A stretch of 58,787 nt of DNA, the filler included. It is 4 parts of 4 records of this genome, joined end to end, with 100 filler letters (N's around TTAATTAATTAA, not from the genome) between each part and the next. Parts side by side here need not be neighbours in the genome. Positions count along the whole stretch, not along the records: positions 32,544 to 47,512 come from DRR723986_4065; positions 47,613 to 58,787 come from DRR723986_4070; 2 more parts are not named here. One strand, written 5' to 3'. The translations under genes and the position numbers were made by a program. Shown one piece after another: positions 43,222 to 53,385 of the stretch (positions are counted from its first letter, which is position 1; each line of letters begins with the position of its first letter). The notes below the pieces were generated by a model. That model saw only the letters and a list, made by a program, of their open reading frames with translations. It was not told where the DNA came from and did not search any database.

Positions 43222-45596
43222 CCAGTCTTCTCCAATGTCTTGGCGTCCGCCGGGCCGACATTCCAGATGTCGCGGGCGTAGCCCTGTATCGTTCGGTCGG
43301 ACGAGAACCAGCCCATCCCGGCGGTGTTGGTCAGCGCCATGGCAGCCCATGCGTCGCCATGGCCAAACGCCTCGTCCGCGCGGCGCTGGGTGTCGAAGTA
43401 GGAGTCGAAGTCCAGCGAGACGCAGAAATAGTCGTGATCCCAGAGGTTTCCGACAAACCCATGGTAGCGCGAGGCATCCCCGGGCGAGAACCGCCCCTCG
43501 GCGATCTGTTGCAGCACGCGCTGCATCCGGGGGCTTTGCTCGATGGTGGCGCGGGCAAAGCCGGGCTGCTTGCGCGCCTCCATGATCTCTTGCGCCGTCA
43601 GGCCGAAGAGGAAGAAGTTCTCGGCCCCCACATGCTCGCGGATCTCGACGTTGGCGCCGTCCAGCGTGCCGATGGTCAGCGCACCGTTCAGGGCGAACTT
43701 CATGTTGCCGGTGCCCGAAGCCTCCTTGCCCGCCGTGGAAATCTGCTCCGACAGGTCGGCGGCGGGGATGAGGATCTCTGCCATCGAGACGTTGTAGTTG
43801 GGCGGATAGACGATCTGCAGAAGATCCTTCGTCGCCGGATCGTTGTTGATGACAGCCGCGACGTCGTTGATCAGGTGGATGATCTCCTTGGCGACGTGAT
43901 AGCCGGGCGCCGCCTTGCCGCCGAAGATCTTCACGCGCGGCTGCCAGCCCGCGCCGGGGTTGGCCTTCATCTCGTTCCACAGCGCGATGGTCTCTAGGAT
44001 GTTCATGTGCTGGCGCTTGTATTCGTGGATGCGCTTGATCTGCACGTCGAACATGGCGTCGGGGTCGATGCTTTGGCCCAGCGTCTGCTGCACCCAGTTC
44101 GACAACCGCTCCTTGTTCTGGCGCTTGGCGGCCATGAAGTCGGACAGGAAGGCCGCGTCGCCGGTCCGGTCCCTCAGCGCCTTCAACTGCTCGAGATCGG
44201 CGACCCAGCCGTCGCCGATGGCATCGGTGATGAGCGAGGACAGCGCCGGGTTGCAGGTGTGCAGCCAGCGGCGCGGGGTGATGCCGTTGGTCTGGTTGAT
44301 GATCCGCGTCGGGTGGATGCGGTGCAGGTCGGCGAACAGCGTCTCCTTCACCAGATCGGTGTGCAGCGCCGAGACGCCGTTGACCTTGTGCGCCATGATG
44401 AAGGCAAGCTCGCCCATCTGCACGTTGCCGTGGTCGAGGATGCGCGGGCTGCCCGCGAATTCCGCCTGCTGGGTCGCCTCGATCTCTCGGATGATTTCCA
44501 GATGCCGGGGCAGGACGCGACCGAACAGCCATTCCGGCCAGCGTTCCAGCGCCTCGGGCAGAAGGGTGTGGTTGGTGTAGCCAAGGCAGCGGCGGGCGAG
44601 GTCGATGGCCTCTCCCATCCCGAGCCCGTGCACATCCACAAGCAGGCGCACCAGTTCGGGCCCGGCGATGGCGGGGTGCGTGTCGTTCAGCTGGATCGCC
44701 GCGGCCTCGTCCAGCTTGCGGATGTCGTCATGGGTGACGAAGAAGCGCCGGATCAGGTCCTGGATCGAGGCGGCGGTGAAGAAATACTCCTGCTTCAGCC
44801 GCAATTCCTTGCCGGTCTCGGTGGTGTCGTCGGGGTAGAGCACGCGGCAGATGGTGCGGGCCAGCGCCTCTGATCGGCTGGCGGCGAGGTAATCGCCCCG
44901 GTTGAAGCTGGCGAGGTCGAAGACCTTGACCGGCTGCGCCGACCACAGCCGCAGCGTATTGCCCCAGCGCCCCTGCCAGCCGATCACCGGCGTGTCATGG
45001 GCGGTGGCGAAGACGGTCTCGTGCGGGTGCCAATGGGCCTTGCCGTCGTGGTGTTCGACATGGCCGCCGAAGGTGATGGAATACTGCACCTCGGGGCGCT
45101 CGAACTCCCACGCGTGTTTCTGGCTGAGCCATGTCTCGGGCTTCTCGATCTGCTGGCCGTTGACGAAATCCTGCTCGAAGAGCCCGTGCTCGTAGCGGAT
45201 GCCGTAGCCCATCGCCGGAATGCCCAGCGTCGCGAGGCTGTCCATGAAGCAGGCCGCAAGCCGCCCGAGACCGCCGTTGCCCAGCGCGGCGTCCGGTTCA
45301 TCCCGGACCAGCGTGTCGTAGTCCAGCCCAAGCTCGGCCAGCGCCGTGCGCGCCTCTTCGGTGGCGCCGAGGTTGGCGGCCATGTCCTCGACCAGACGGC
45401 CGATCAGGAACTCCATCGACAGGTAGTAGACCCGTTTCGCCTTGCGGGCGTAGGTCGTCTGGGTCGAGGGAATCCAGTGATCCACCGCGCGGTCGCGCAG
45501 GGCATGCGACAGCGCCATGCGCCAGTCGTAGACCGAGGAATGGTCGGCGTCCTTGCCAAGGCCGTAGCGAAGATGGGCGAGGATGGCGTCTTTCAT
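43218..45596 (-). CDS. glgP: Glycogen phosphorylase
   Basis: [37 protein letters not shown] (PLP lysine). Confidence 0.97.
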   Translation of the reverse strand: MKDAILAHLRYGLGKDADHSSVYDWRMALSHALRDRAVDHWIPSTQTTYARKAKRVYYLSMEFLIGRLVEDMAANLGATEEARTALAELGLDYDTLVRDEPDAALGNGGLGRLAACFMDSLATLGIPAMGYGIRYEHGLFEQDFVNGQQIEKPETWLSQKHAWEFERPEVQYSITFGGHVEHHDGKAHWHPHETVFATAHDTPVIGWQGRWGNTLRLWSAQPVKVFDLASFNRGDYLAASRSEALARTICRVLYPDDTTETGKELRLKQEYFFTAASIQDLIRRFFVTHDDIRKLDEAAAIQLNDTHPAIAGPELVRLLVDVHGLGMGEAIDLARRCLGYTNHTLLPEALERWPEWLFGRVLPRHLEIIREIEATQQAEFAGSPRILDHGNVQMGELAFIMAHKVNGVSALHTDLVKETLFADLHRIHPTRIINQTNGITPRRWLHTCNPALSSLITDAIGDGWVADLEQLKALRDRTGDAAFLSDFMAAKRQNKERLSNWVQQTLGQSIDPDAMFDVQIKRIHEYKRQHMNILETIALWNEMKANPGAGWQPRVKIFGGKAAPGYHVAKEIIHLINDVAAVINNDPATKDLLQIVYPPNYNVSMAEILIPAADLSEQISTAGKEASGTGNMKFALNGALTIGTLDGANVEIREHVGAENFFLFGLTAQEIMEARKQPGFARATIEQSPRMQRVLQQIAEGRFSPGDASRYHGFVGNLWDHDYFCVSLDFDSYFDTQRRADEAFGHGDAWAAMALTNTAGMGWFSSDRTIQGYARDIWNVGPADAKTLEKTG

Positions 45597-45851
45597 GTCA
45601 GGCGTCCCGTGGGTTGCGATTCCTCCCACATCAACACTAGGGCCGCGACCGGGCAAGGCGAAGCCCGTTTCGTGTTATCGCTAACGGAAACTTGTTGCAG
45701 AATTGGCGTCGGGATTTCATGACCTTGCCTTCCGGGCCCCTCTGCGGCGCTTTGGCCCTGCCTGTTCCGCAGGCACCGGAATGGTCGCAGGGGTGCCGAA
45801 GTGTCGCCACAAAACCCGAAGACCATGCCGGAATAGCGAAACGATTGTGCC

Positions 45852-46472
45852 GTGAAAGCGAGTTTTCCCATGTTCCGTCTCTTCATGATCGTCGGTGGCA
45901 TCCTGTGGCTGTTGATCTTCGGACTCAGCCCTCACATCATCTGGCCCATCCTCAAGTTCGTCGGCGTGATCGCGCTGGGGTTCATGGGGCTCTTTCTGGT
46001 GGGCGCTATCCTTGGGCAGGTGTCTCGGATGATCTTCGGCGTGCACAACAAGGACCGGGAGCGCGAGGGCACGCACGACATGGCCTCTGACAAGTTCGCC
46101 GGACGGATCGCCGACACGATCGAGGAAAAGCTGGCCGAACTGGGTGCGGACGATGTGCTTCTCGATCTCGACAGGACCTTCGACGACTCCAAAAGCGAAT
46201 ACCACCGCTTCTTTCAGTACCGGGTCGAGGGCAACGGCTTCGATGCCTGCGACGCACAGACCGGCAAGCGCTATTCCGTCCAGATCCGCCTGCACCGCCA
46301 GACCTTCGGCAAGGCCGAGGTGAAGCTGATCATGAAGCATGATGCGCGCTACGGCGAACCTGCGCAGATCACCCATGGCTCCATGGAGGCTATCGCCGAG
46401 AGGATCGCGCCTCAGATCTTGAAGCAGCAAAAGCCCCTGTTGGACCGCTTCGGCACGGAAGAGGCCGCCTGA
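45852..46472 (+). CDS. Hypothetical membrane protein
   Basis: Two N-terminal TM segments then a soluble domain; start may be ATG 45870. Confidence 0.7.
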   Translation: MKASFPMFRLFMIVGGILWLLIFGLSPHIIWPILKFVGVIALGFMGLFLVGAILGQVSRMIFGVHNKDREREGTHDMASDKFAGRIADTIEEKLAELGADDVLLDLDRTFDDSKSEYHRFFQYRVEGNGFDACDAQTGKRYSVQIRLHRQTFGKAEVKLIMKHDARYGEPAQITHGSMEAIAERIAPQILKQQKPLLDRFGTEEAA

Positions 46473-46475
46473 GGT

Positions 46476-46502
46476 CGGCCCGCGCGGGGTGCGCGCGGGC
46501 CG
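46476..46502. terminator. GC hairpin between convergent genes
   Basis: CGGCCCGCGCG-GGGTG-CGCGCGGGCCG; no clear U-tract. Confidence 0.45.
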
Positions 46503-46508
46503 CTGCGT

Positions 46509-47309
46509 TCACGCCGCCTTGGGCGTCAGCTGCTGCTCTTCGACGGGCGGCGGTTCCTGCGCGCCGGTCATGATCGCCACGGCGTCGGACATGGTGATCT
46601 TCTTGGGGTCGACCACCGCGTGACGCTTGCCCAGACGGTGGATATGGACGCGGTCCGCCACCTCGAAGACATGCGGCATGTTGTGCGAGATCAGGATGAT
46701 CGGGATACCCTTGGCCCGCACGTCCTGGATCAGCTCCAGCACGCGGCGGCTTTCCTTGACGCCCAGCGCGGCGGTCGGCTCGTCCATGATGATGAACTTC
46801 TTGGCGAAGGCCGCGGCGCGGGCCACGGCGACGCCCTGACGCTGCCCGCCCGACAGCGTCTCGACCGCCTGATTGATCGACTGCACCGTCATCAGGCCCA
46901 GCTCGGTCAGCTTGTCGCGGGCGAATTTTTCCATCGCCTTCTTGTCGAGCTGCCGGAAGACGGACCCCATGATGCCGGGTTTGCGCAGTTCGCGTCCCGC
47001 GAACATGTTGTCCGCGATGGACAGCGCGGGCGAAAGGGCAAGCTGCTGGTAGACGATCTCGATGCCCATCTCGCGGGCCTGGATCGGCGAGTGGAAGTGC
47101 ACCGGCTGGCCCTCGATGCGGATCTCGCCCTCGTCGGGCTGGACCGCACCGCAGATCGCCTTGACGATGGACGACTTGCCCGCACCGTTGTCGCCGATCA
47201 CCGCCAGCACCTCGCCGGGGAACAGGTCGAAATCGGAATGGTCGATGGCGGTCACATGGCCGTAGCGCTTCACGATACCGCGGCCCTGAACGACGGGTTG
47301 AATGGTCAT
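46509..47309 (-). CDS. frcA: Monosaccharide ABC ATPase (FrcA-like)
   Basis: IGDNGAGKSS, LSGGQRQGVAVARAAAF, MDEPTAALGVKES, SHNMPHVFEVADR. Confidence 0.75.
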   Translation of the reverse strand: MTIQPVVQGRGIVKRYGHVTAIDHSDFDLFPGEVLAVIGDNGAGKSSIVKAICGAVQPDEGEIRIEGQPVHFHSPIQAREMGIEIVYQQLALSPALSIADNMFAGRELRKPGIMGSVFRQLDKKAMEKFARDKLTELGLMTVQSINQAVETLSGGQRQGVAVARAAAFAKKFIIMDEPTAALGVKESRRVLELIQDVRAKGIPIILISHNMPHVFEVADRVHIHRLGKRHAVVDPKKITMSDAVAIMTGAQEPPPVEEQQLTPKAA

Positions 47310-47512
47310 GCCGATGCCTTTCTGATCCACTGGTCGACCGCCACGGCGGCGATGATGAGAACCCCGATGAGCAGGTAGGTCCACTGTGCGTCCGCCCCCA
47401 GAAGGCGCAGGCCCAGCGTGAACACGCCCACGATCAGCGCCCCGAAGAGAGAGCCCAGCACGTCGCCGCGTCCGCCGAAGAGCGAGATGCCCCCGATCAC
47501 CACGGCGGTGAT
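47306..47512 (-). CDS. Monosaccharide ABC permease (FrcC-like), C-terminal fragment
   Basis: ITAVVIGGISLFGGRG...AVDQWIRK. Confidence 0.85.
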   Translation of the reverse strand: MTAVVIGGISLFGGRGDVLGSLFGALIVGVFTLGLRLLGADAQWTYLLIGVLIIAAVAVDQWIRKASA

Positions 47513-47612
47513 NNNNNNNNNNNNNNNNNNNNNNNNNNNNNNNNNNNNNNNNNNNNTTAATTAATTAANNNNNNNNNNNNNNNNNNNNNNNNNNNNNNNN
47601 NNNNNNNNNNNN
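47513..47612. other. Artificial contig linker
   Basis: N-TTAATTAATTAA-N, 100 nt. Confidence 0.98.
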
Positions 47613-47925
47613 GGTTCAGCGTCATCATCGGGTCCTGAAAGACCATGGCGACATGCTTGCCCCGCATCCGGCGCAGCGCATCCGGAGACAGTCGGCGCAG
47701 GTCGGTGCCATCCACCAGAACCTCGCCCCCGGTGATCTGCCCCGGCGCGTCGATCAGGCCGAGGATGGAAAAGCCGGTGACGCTCTTGCCCGATCCGCTT
47801 TCGCCGACCAGCCCCATGATCCGCCCGGGCGCGACCGTAAAGCTGACGTCGTTCACCGCCGTCACGGCGCCCCGGCGGGTGTCGAAGCGGGTGGTCAGGC
47901 CCCGGACCTCCAGCGCGGCGCTCAT
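47613..47925 (-). CDS. Family-5 ABC ATPase (DppD-like), N-terminal fragment
   Basis: [10 protein letters not shown]...[11 protein letters not shown]...[11 protein letters not shown]. Confidence 0.92.
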
Positions 47926-48869
47926 CGCTGGTTCCTCGGGTCGAGGACGTGGCGCACCTGATCGCCCACGAGGTTGATGGCGACGACGGTGACCATGAGA
48001 AAGACTCCGGGGTAGATCGACAGCCATGTGCGGTCGGTGTGGATGTATTTGAACCCGTTCGAGATCAGCGAGCCGAGCGAGGGTTCGGTCAGCGGCAGGC
48101 CCACGCCGAGGAAGCTGAGCGTCGCCTCGAGCGCGATGGCCGAGGCGACCTGCACGGTCGCCACCACGATCAGCGGCGGCAGGACGTTCGGCAGCAGGTG
48201 CCGGAACAGCACACGACGCGCGGGCAAGGGGGTGGAGCGGGCGGCCTCTATATAGTCCTTGCCCCGCTCCACCGTCGCTGCTCCGTGAGTGGTGCGCGCG
48301 AAATAGGCGTATTGCGCCACGACCAGCGCGAGGATGATCTGCCCCACGCCCTGACCCAGCATGGCCACCAGCACCAGCGCCAGCAGGATCGCGGGCATGG
48401 ACAGTTGCAGGTCCACGATGCGCATCAGCAGGCTTTCCAGACGCCCGCCGAAATAGGCCGCCGACAGGCCGACGCAGATACCGACCAGCAGCGCCAACGC
48501 GCCGGCGCTGAGGCCGATCACGAAGGACGTGCGCAGCCCGTAGAAGATCGCCGACAGCATGTCGCGGCCCGCGTTGTCGGTGCCCAGCCAATGGGTGTAT
48601 CCGCCCGAGCCCACGGTGCCGGGGCGCAGGAAGGCATCCATCCAGTCCAGCGCGGCCATGTCGTAGGGGTCCTGCGGCGAGACCAGCGGCGCCCCGAAGG
48701 ACACGAAGGCCAGCACGAGGATCACCACCAGCGACAGCACGGCGACGGGCGCGCGGCGAAAGTCGCTCCAGAAGTCCCGCAGGCGCGAGGCGCGGGTCTG
48801 CACCGGCGCGGCGGAGGGCACGGCGGCCGTCTCGCTTTCGGGGGAGAGGGTGTCGTGGGTCGCAGCCAT
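47922..48869 (-). CDS. Family-5 ABC permease (DppC-like)
   Basis: [28 protein letters not shown]. Confidence 0.93.
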   Translation of the reverse strand: MAATHDTLSPESETAAVPSAAPVQTRASRLRDFWSDFRRAPVAVLSLVVILVLAFVSFGAPLVSPQDPYDMAALDWMDAFLRPGTVGSGGYTHWLGTDNAGRDMLSAIFYGLRTSFVIGLSAGALALLVGICVGLSAAYFGGRLESLLMRIVDLQLSMPAILLALVLVAMLGQGVGQIILALVVAQYAYFARTTHGAATVERGKDYIEAARSTPLPARRVLFRHLLPNVLPPLIVVATVQVASAIALEATLSFLGVGLPLTEPSLGSLISNGFKYIHTDRTWLSIYPGVFLMVTVVAINLVGDQVRHVLDPRNQR

Positions 48870-49843
48870 CAGGCACCGCCTTTCAGACGCACGCGGGGAT
48901 CGAGCCGCGCATAGACGAGGTCGACGGTCAGGTTGATGAGCACGAAGAGGATCACCACGAGGACGAGGTACGTCACCATCACAGGCCGGTCGAGTTGCAG
49001 GATCGAGTCGATGATCAGCTTGCCCACGCCGGGCCATGTGAAGACGCTTTCCGTGACGACGGCGAAGGCCAGCGTGGAGCCCAGCTCGAGGCCGAAGACC
49101 GTGACGATCGGGATGGAGATGTTGCGCAGCACGTGGCTGAAGACGATCTCGCGGTCGGTCAGCCCCTGCGCGCGGGCGAACTTCACGTAGTCGGTGCGCA
49201 TCGCCTCGACCATGCCCGCGCGGGTCAGGCGGATCATCAGCCCCATCTTGAAGAGCGAGAGGTTCACGGCGGGCATGATCACATGGCTCCACCCGTCGAG
49301 CGTCACCAGCGAGGTCTCGAGCCCGAGGAACGATCCCACGTCGCCGCGCCCGCCAGACGGCAGCACGCCGAGGTTCACGGCAAAGGTCATGATCAGCAAC
49401 ATGCCGATCCAGAAGGTCGGGACGGAAAAGCCCAGAACCGACAGCGCCATGATCGCCTTGGCGGCGTAGCTGTCGGGACGATAGCCCGCATAGAGCCCCG
49501 CCGGGATGCCGATGCCGGTGGCGATCAGGACGGAGACGAAGACAAGCTCCAGCGTGGCGGGCAGGCGCGAGAACACCAGATCCACCACGGGGATGTTGTA
49601 GACCATGGAGGTGCCCATGTCGCCCTGCGCCACATTGCCGAGGAAGGTCAGGTATTGCCGCCACAAGGGTTGATCCAGCCCGTATTGGGCGATCAGCTTG
49701 GCGCGGATTTCCTGCGTCGCGCCGGGGTCGATCAGCACGTCGATGGGGTTTCCGATGGCATAGACGCCCACGAAGACGATGATCGACATGGCAAAGACGA
49801 CGACCACCGCCTGCGCCAGTCTCTGGATGAAGTAGCCGAGCAT
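48869..49843 (-). CDS. Family-5 ABC permease (DppB-like)
   Basis: [46 protein letters not shown]. Confidence 0.93.
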   Translation of the reverse strand: MLGYFIQRLAQAVVVVFAMSIIVFVGVYAIGNPIDVLIDPGATQEIRAKLIAQYGLDQPLWRQYLTFLGNVAQGDMGTSMVYNIPVVDLVFSRLPATLELVFVSVLIATGIGIPAGLYAGYRPDSYAAKAIMALSVLGFSVPTFWIGMLLIMTFAVNLGVLPSGGRGDVGSFLGLETSLVTLDGWSHVIMPAVNLSLFKMGLMIRLTRAGMVEAMRTDYVKFARAQGLTDREIVFSHVLRNISIPIVTVFGLELGSTLAFAVVTESVFTWPGVGKLIIDSILQLDRPVMVTYLVLVVILFVLINLTVDLVYARLDPRVRLKGGA

Positions 49844-49942
49844 GGCTGTCCTTTCGGGGCAGAAGAGGCCGGCACCCAGTGGAGGACGGTGCCGGCCGGA
49901 GGGTCGGGCGGTGGAAGGACCGCCCGCCCGGGTTTGCACGCC

Positions 49943-51511
49943 TTATTGCGCGGGCGTGATCTCGTAGGCGCGGGTTTCCTGATCGACGCGGGGTGCGAAG
50001 CTCAGCGACCCGGCATCCGCGCCCCAGACCGTCTGCAGGATCACCGTGGGGATCAGCGCGCGGTCTTCCATCGCGATGAAGGAGGCCTCTTCATAAAGCG
50101 CCTTGCGCTTGTCCGCGTCCAGCGTCTGTGCGCCCTCGTCGAAGACCTTGTCGAACTCGGGGTTCGAGTATTCGGTGCGGTTGAAGTTGCCGAAACCCTT
50201 CTCGGCGTCCTCGGTGCGGACCATGGCGCCGTAGGTATAGGCGGCCTCGCCGGTCAGGGTGCCCCATGCGGACATCGCCATGGAATACTCGCGGCGTGCG
50301 GCGGCGGGGAAGAAGACCGTGCCGTTCAGCGCCTGCGCGTTCACCTTCAGGCCCAGCCGGGACCACATCTGCGCCAGCGCCTCGCAGACCACGGCATCGC
50401 CGGGCACGCGGTTGTTGGTGCAGGTGAAGTCGATCTCGAAACCGTCGGGATAGCCCGCCTCGGCCAGCAGCGCCTTGGCCTGCTCGATGTCGTATTCCTT
50501 GGCGCCGATCTTGTCGGTGTAGCCGAAGAAACCCTCGGGCATCAGCTGGTTGGCGGGGGTGCCCAGACCTTCGAGCACCACGTTGACCAGCACGTCGCGG
50601 TTGATGGCAAGATCCAGCGCCTTGCGCACGCGCACGTCCTGAAGCGGGTTCTCGTCGATCTCTTCGCCGTTCACCTTCACCTTCTGCGGCAGCACGTCGG
50701 TGACGGAGGGCTGCACGTTCAGGATGTAGATGGAATCGGACACGAAGGTTTCGAGGTCGCCGTCGTTCTGCATCGCCAGATAGTCGGAGGCCGGCACGTA
50801 GTTGATGAGATCCACCTCGCCCGAACGCAGGGCCGCCACGCGGGCCGCGTCGTCGGGGATTTCCTTGCGCGTGACGGTGTCCCATGCCACGTCGCCGCCC
50901 CACCAGCCGTCGAACTTCTCGACCACCAGATCGCCCTTCGGCTCCCAGCTGACGAAGGTGAAGGGGCCGGTGCCGATGGCCTTCTCGCCGGAGTTGAACT
51001 CTTCGTTGCCCGCTTCCATGCCGGTTTCCGAGGGCACGACGAAGAGGCGGGTGAAGTCGTTCGGCAGCGCCGGCGCGATGCCCTTGGTCTTCACATGCAG
51101 GGTGTAGTCGTCCACGACTTCGACGCTTTCGACGTATTTGGTATACAGCGTCATGGGCATCGGGCCGGTCACGACCGGGATACGCTCGATCGAGAACTTG
51201 ACGTCCTCGGCGGTGAAGTCGGTGCCGTCGTGGAATTTCACGCCTTCGCGCAGCTTGAATTCCCATGTGGTGTCGTCGACCGGCTCCCAAGACACGGCAA
51301 GGCCGGGCTTCAGTTGCAGCTTGTCGTCCACGTCGACGAGGGTGTCGAAGATGTGGCGCAGCGCCTCGGCCTGGCTGCCCAGCGTGGACCAATGCGGGTC
51401 GATCGAATCGGGACCGGCGCGCAGGCCGATGGTCAGGTCTTCGGCGGCGGCGGGCAGCGCGGCCAGCAGGGCCAGCGCGGCGGTGGCCGAACGCAGTCTG
51501 TGGATGGTCAT
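49943..51511 (-). CDS. Family-5 substrate-binding protein
   Basis: Sec signal; SIDPH, LAVSW, WEFKLREGVKFHDG, IGTGPF. Confidence 0.95.
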   Translation of the reverse strand: MTIHRLRSATAALALLAALPAAAEDLTIGLRAGPDSIDPHWSTLGSQAEALRHIFDTLVDVDDKLQLKPGLAVSWEPVDDTTWEFKLREGVKFHDGTDFTAEDVKFSIERIPVVTGPMPMTLYTKYVESVEVVDDYTLHVKTKGIAPALPNDFTRLFVVPSETGMEAGNEEFNSGEKAIGTGPFTFVSWEPKGDLVVEKFDGWWGGDVAWDTVTRKEIPDDAARVAALRSGEVDLINYVPASDYLAMQNDGDLETFVSDSIYILNVQPSVTDVLPQKVKVNGEEIDENPLQDVRVRKALDLAINRDVLVNVVLEGLGTPANQLMPEGFFGYTDKIGAKEYDIEQAKALLAEAGYPDGFEIDFTCTNNRVPGDAVVCEALAQMWSRLGLKVNAQALNGTVFFPAAARREYSMAMSAWGTLTGEAAYTYGAMVRTEDAEKGFGNFNRTEYSNPEFDKVFDEGAQTLDADKRKALYEEASFIAMEDRALIPTVILQTVWGADAGSLSFAPRVDQETRAYEITPAQ

Positions 51512-51525
51512 CTTGGTGGCTCCCT

Positions 51526-51698
51526 GTGTTATAGTATGCTGAAACACTACGGCGCGAATTTTCAATCGGTCAAGAGTGCTCTGTAACACCTTTCCGACGC
51601 CTGACCCCGAAACCCCAGCAATGCTGCGTGTTTAAGCAGAGATTTTTCTCTTGGCAGCAGGCAGGATTTCGGCAAGTGTTACAGAATGACTGATACAC
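51526..51698. promoter_or_regulatory. Repeated operator-like sites GTGTTA(C/T)AG in the divergent promoter region
   Basis: GTGTTATAGTATGCTGAAACAC (51526-51547), CTGTAACAC (51581-51589, reverse copy), GTGTTACAGAATGACTGATACAC (51676-51698). Confidence 0.7.
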
Positions 51699-52687
51699 AA
51701 GCGCAGATGGAGCAGGCCCTCGACCGGATCGCCAAGGCGATCGACCGGAGCAGTTCCGTCTCCGTCTCCACCCAGTTGCGCGGCGGCGTCGAATTCGGAA
51801 TCGCCAGCGGCGAGCTTCCCGCCAACGCCCGCCTGCCCTCTGTCCGAGAGATGGCGAAACGCTGCGGCCTGTCCCCCGTCACGGTCAGCGGGGTCTATGC
51901 CGCGCTGCAGGAGGCGGGGCACATAGAGGCGCGCGTCGGCTCCGGCACCTTCGTCAGCGGCAAGGGTCCGGCCCGGGTCGGCGGGGCGCAGCTGCGCCTC
52001 TTGGACCGCAAGATCTCCGAACTGGTGCGGCTGGGCCGCGAATGCGGCGTCGGCCCCGCCGAACTGGCCATGCGCCTGACCATGACCCAGTCCGACAGCC
52101 CACGCCCCCTGCGGCTGCTGCTGGCGGGCAATTTCCACGACGCCACCGAAGCCTATGCCGAGGCGATCCGCCCCCACCTGCCCGAAGGCGACCAAATCCG
52201 CGCCATGACGGTGGCCGAGATCGAGGCCGCGCGCCCCGCCAACGTCGACCTGATCGTGGCACCGCGCACCCTGCGCGCGCAGGTGCAGGCGCTGTTTCCG
52301 GACACGCCCGTCATCGACCTGACGCTGATCCCGAACGAGGCGACGCGCGTCGCGCTCGCCTCCATCCCGACCGAGGCGCGGGTGGTGGGCTACACCTATT
52401 TCCCCACCTTCCTCACCATCATGAAGGCCGGGATCATGCGCTTTGCCCCGCATGTCTCGGACCTTGCCATGGTGGTGCGCGGCGAGGATGGCGGCGAGGC
52501 GCAGATCGGCGCCGCCGACGTGCTGATCTACGCCACCGGGGCCGACTACCTGCTGGCGGGGCTGGCCGAGCACCAGACCGCCTTCGAATACCGCCACACG
52601 CCCGACAACCAGTCCATCCGCCGCGACCTGCTGCCCGCCATTGAGGCCGCGCGCGCCGCATTGCACGAAAAGGACCCCGCCGCATGA
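51686..52687 (+). CDS. GntR-family regulator (YtrA-like wHTH plus long C-terminal domain)
   Basis: IASGEL...RLPSVREMA...SPVTV...GSGTFV. Confidence 0.9.
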   Translation: MTDTQAQMEQALDRIAKAIDRSSSVSVSTQLRGGVEFGIASGELPANARLPSVREMAKRCGLSPVTVSGVYAALQEAGHIEARVGSGTFVSGKGPARVGGAQLRLLDRKISELVRLGRECGVGPAELAMRLTMTQSDSPRPLRLLLAGNFHDATEAYAEAIRPHLPEGDQIRAMTVAEIEAARPANVDLIVAPRTLRAQVQALFPDTPVIDLTLIPNEATRVALASIPTEARVVGYTYFPTFLTIMKAGIMRFAPHVSDLAMVVRGEDGGEAQIGAADVLIYATGADYLLAGLAEHQTAFEYRHTPDNQSIRRDLLPAIEAARAALHEKDPAA

Positions 52688-53385
52688 AGATCTCCCAGTC
52701 GAACTGGTTCGAGGTGGAACGCTACCTCGAAACCGACGACCGCTGCGTCCTGCCGCTCGGGTCCACCGAGCAGCACGCCTACCTGTCGCTGTCGGTCGAT
52801 TCGATCCTGTCGGAAAAGGTCGCGAGCGACGCGGCAGAGCCCTTGGGCGTGCCGGTCTTCCCGGCGGTGGCCTATGGCCTGACGCCCTATTTCATGGCCT
52901 TCCCGGGCAGCGTCTCCCTGCGGCTGACGACCTATGCGGCGCTGCTGCGCGACATCCTCGATTCGCTCTACAAGACCGGCTTCCGCCGCATCCTCATCGT
53001 CAACGGCCATGGCGGCAACAGCCCCGTGCAGCCCGTCACGATGGAGTGGATGGAGGCCAACGAGGGCGCCCGCTGCCGCTTCCACGACTGGTGGAAGGCG
53101 CCGAAGACATGGGCGTGCGTGCAGGACATCGACCCGGTGGCCAGCCACGCCAGCTGGATGGAGAACTTCCCGTGGACCCGCCTGCCGGGCCGCGAGATGC
53201 CGTCCGAGCAGAAGCCCTTCGTCGATTTCGACCGCCTGCGCGACCGCAACGCGGCCGGCGTGCGGCAGGTGATCGGCGACGGCAACTACGGCGGCGTCTA
53301 CCAGAAGCCCGAGGCCGACACCGACCGGCTGTGGTCCGTCGCGGTCGAGGAAACCCGCGCCCTGCTGGAAGGCGACTGGTCATGA
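52684..53385 (+). CDS. Creatininase-family amidohydrolase
   Basis: PLGSTEQH...D, FPGSVSL, VNGHGGN, HASWME. Confidence 0.9.
   Translation: MKISQSNWFEVERYLETDDRCVLPLGSTEQHAYLSLSVDSILSEKVASDAAEPLGVPVFPAVAYGLTPYFMAFPGSVSLRLTTYAALLRDILDSLYKTGFRRILIVNGHGGNSPVQPVTMEWMEANEGARCRFHDWWKAPKTWACVQDIDPVASHASWMENFPWTRLPGREMPSEQKPFVDFDRLRDRNAAGVRQVIGDGNYGGVYQKPEADTDRLWSVAVEETRALLEGDWS

Noticed and set aside
41026-44532. Apparent giant N-terminal extensions or fusions (glgB 1168 aa, hemD 4549-6657, methyltransferase 20198-22123, comF 20033-21763, PanE-like 52641-54392, malQ to 36666)
   Set aside because: Extensions overlap other real genes; recognisable proteins begin at internal ATGs
46509-47925. Sugar ABC and peptide ABC as one operon
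   Set aside because: Separated by an artificial linker; different contigs
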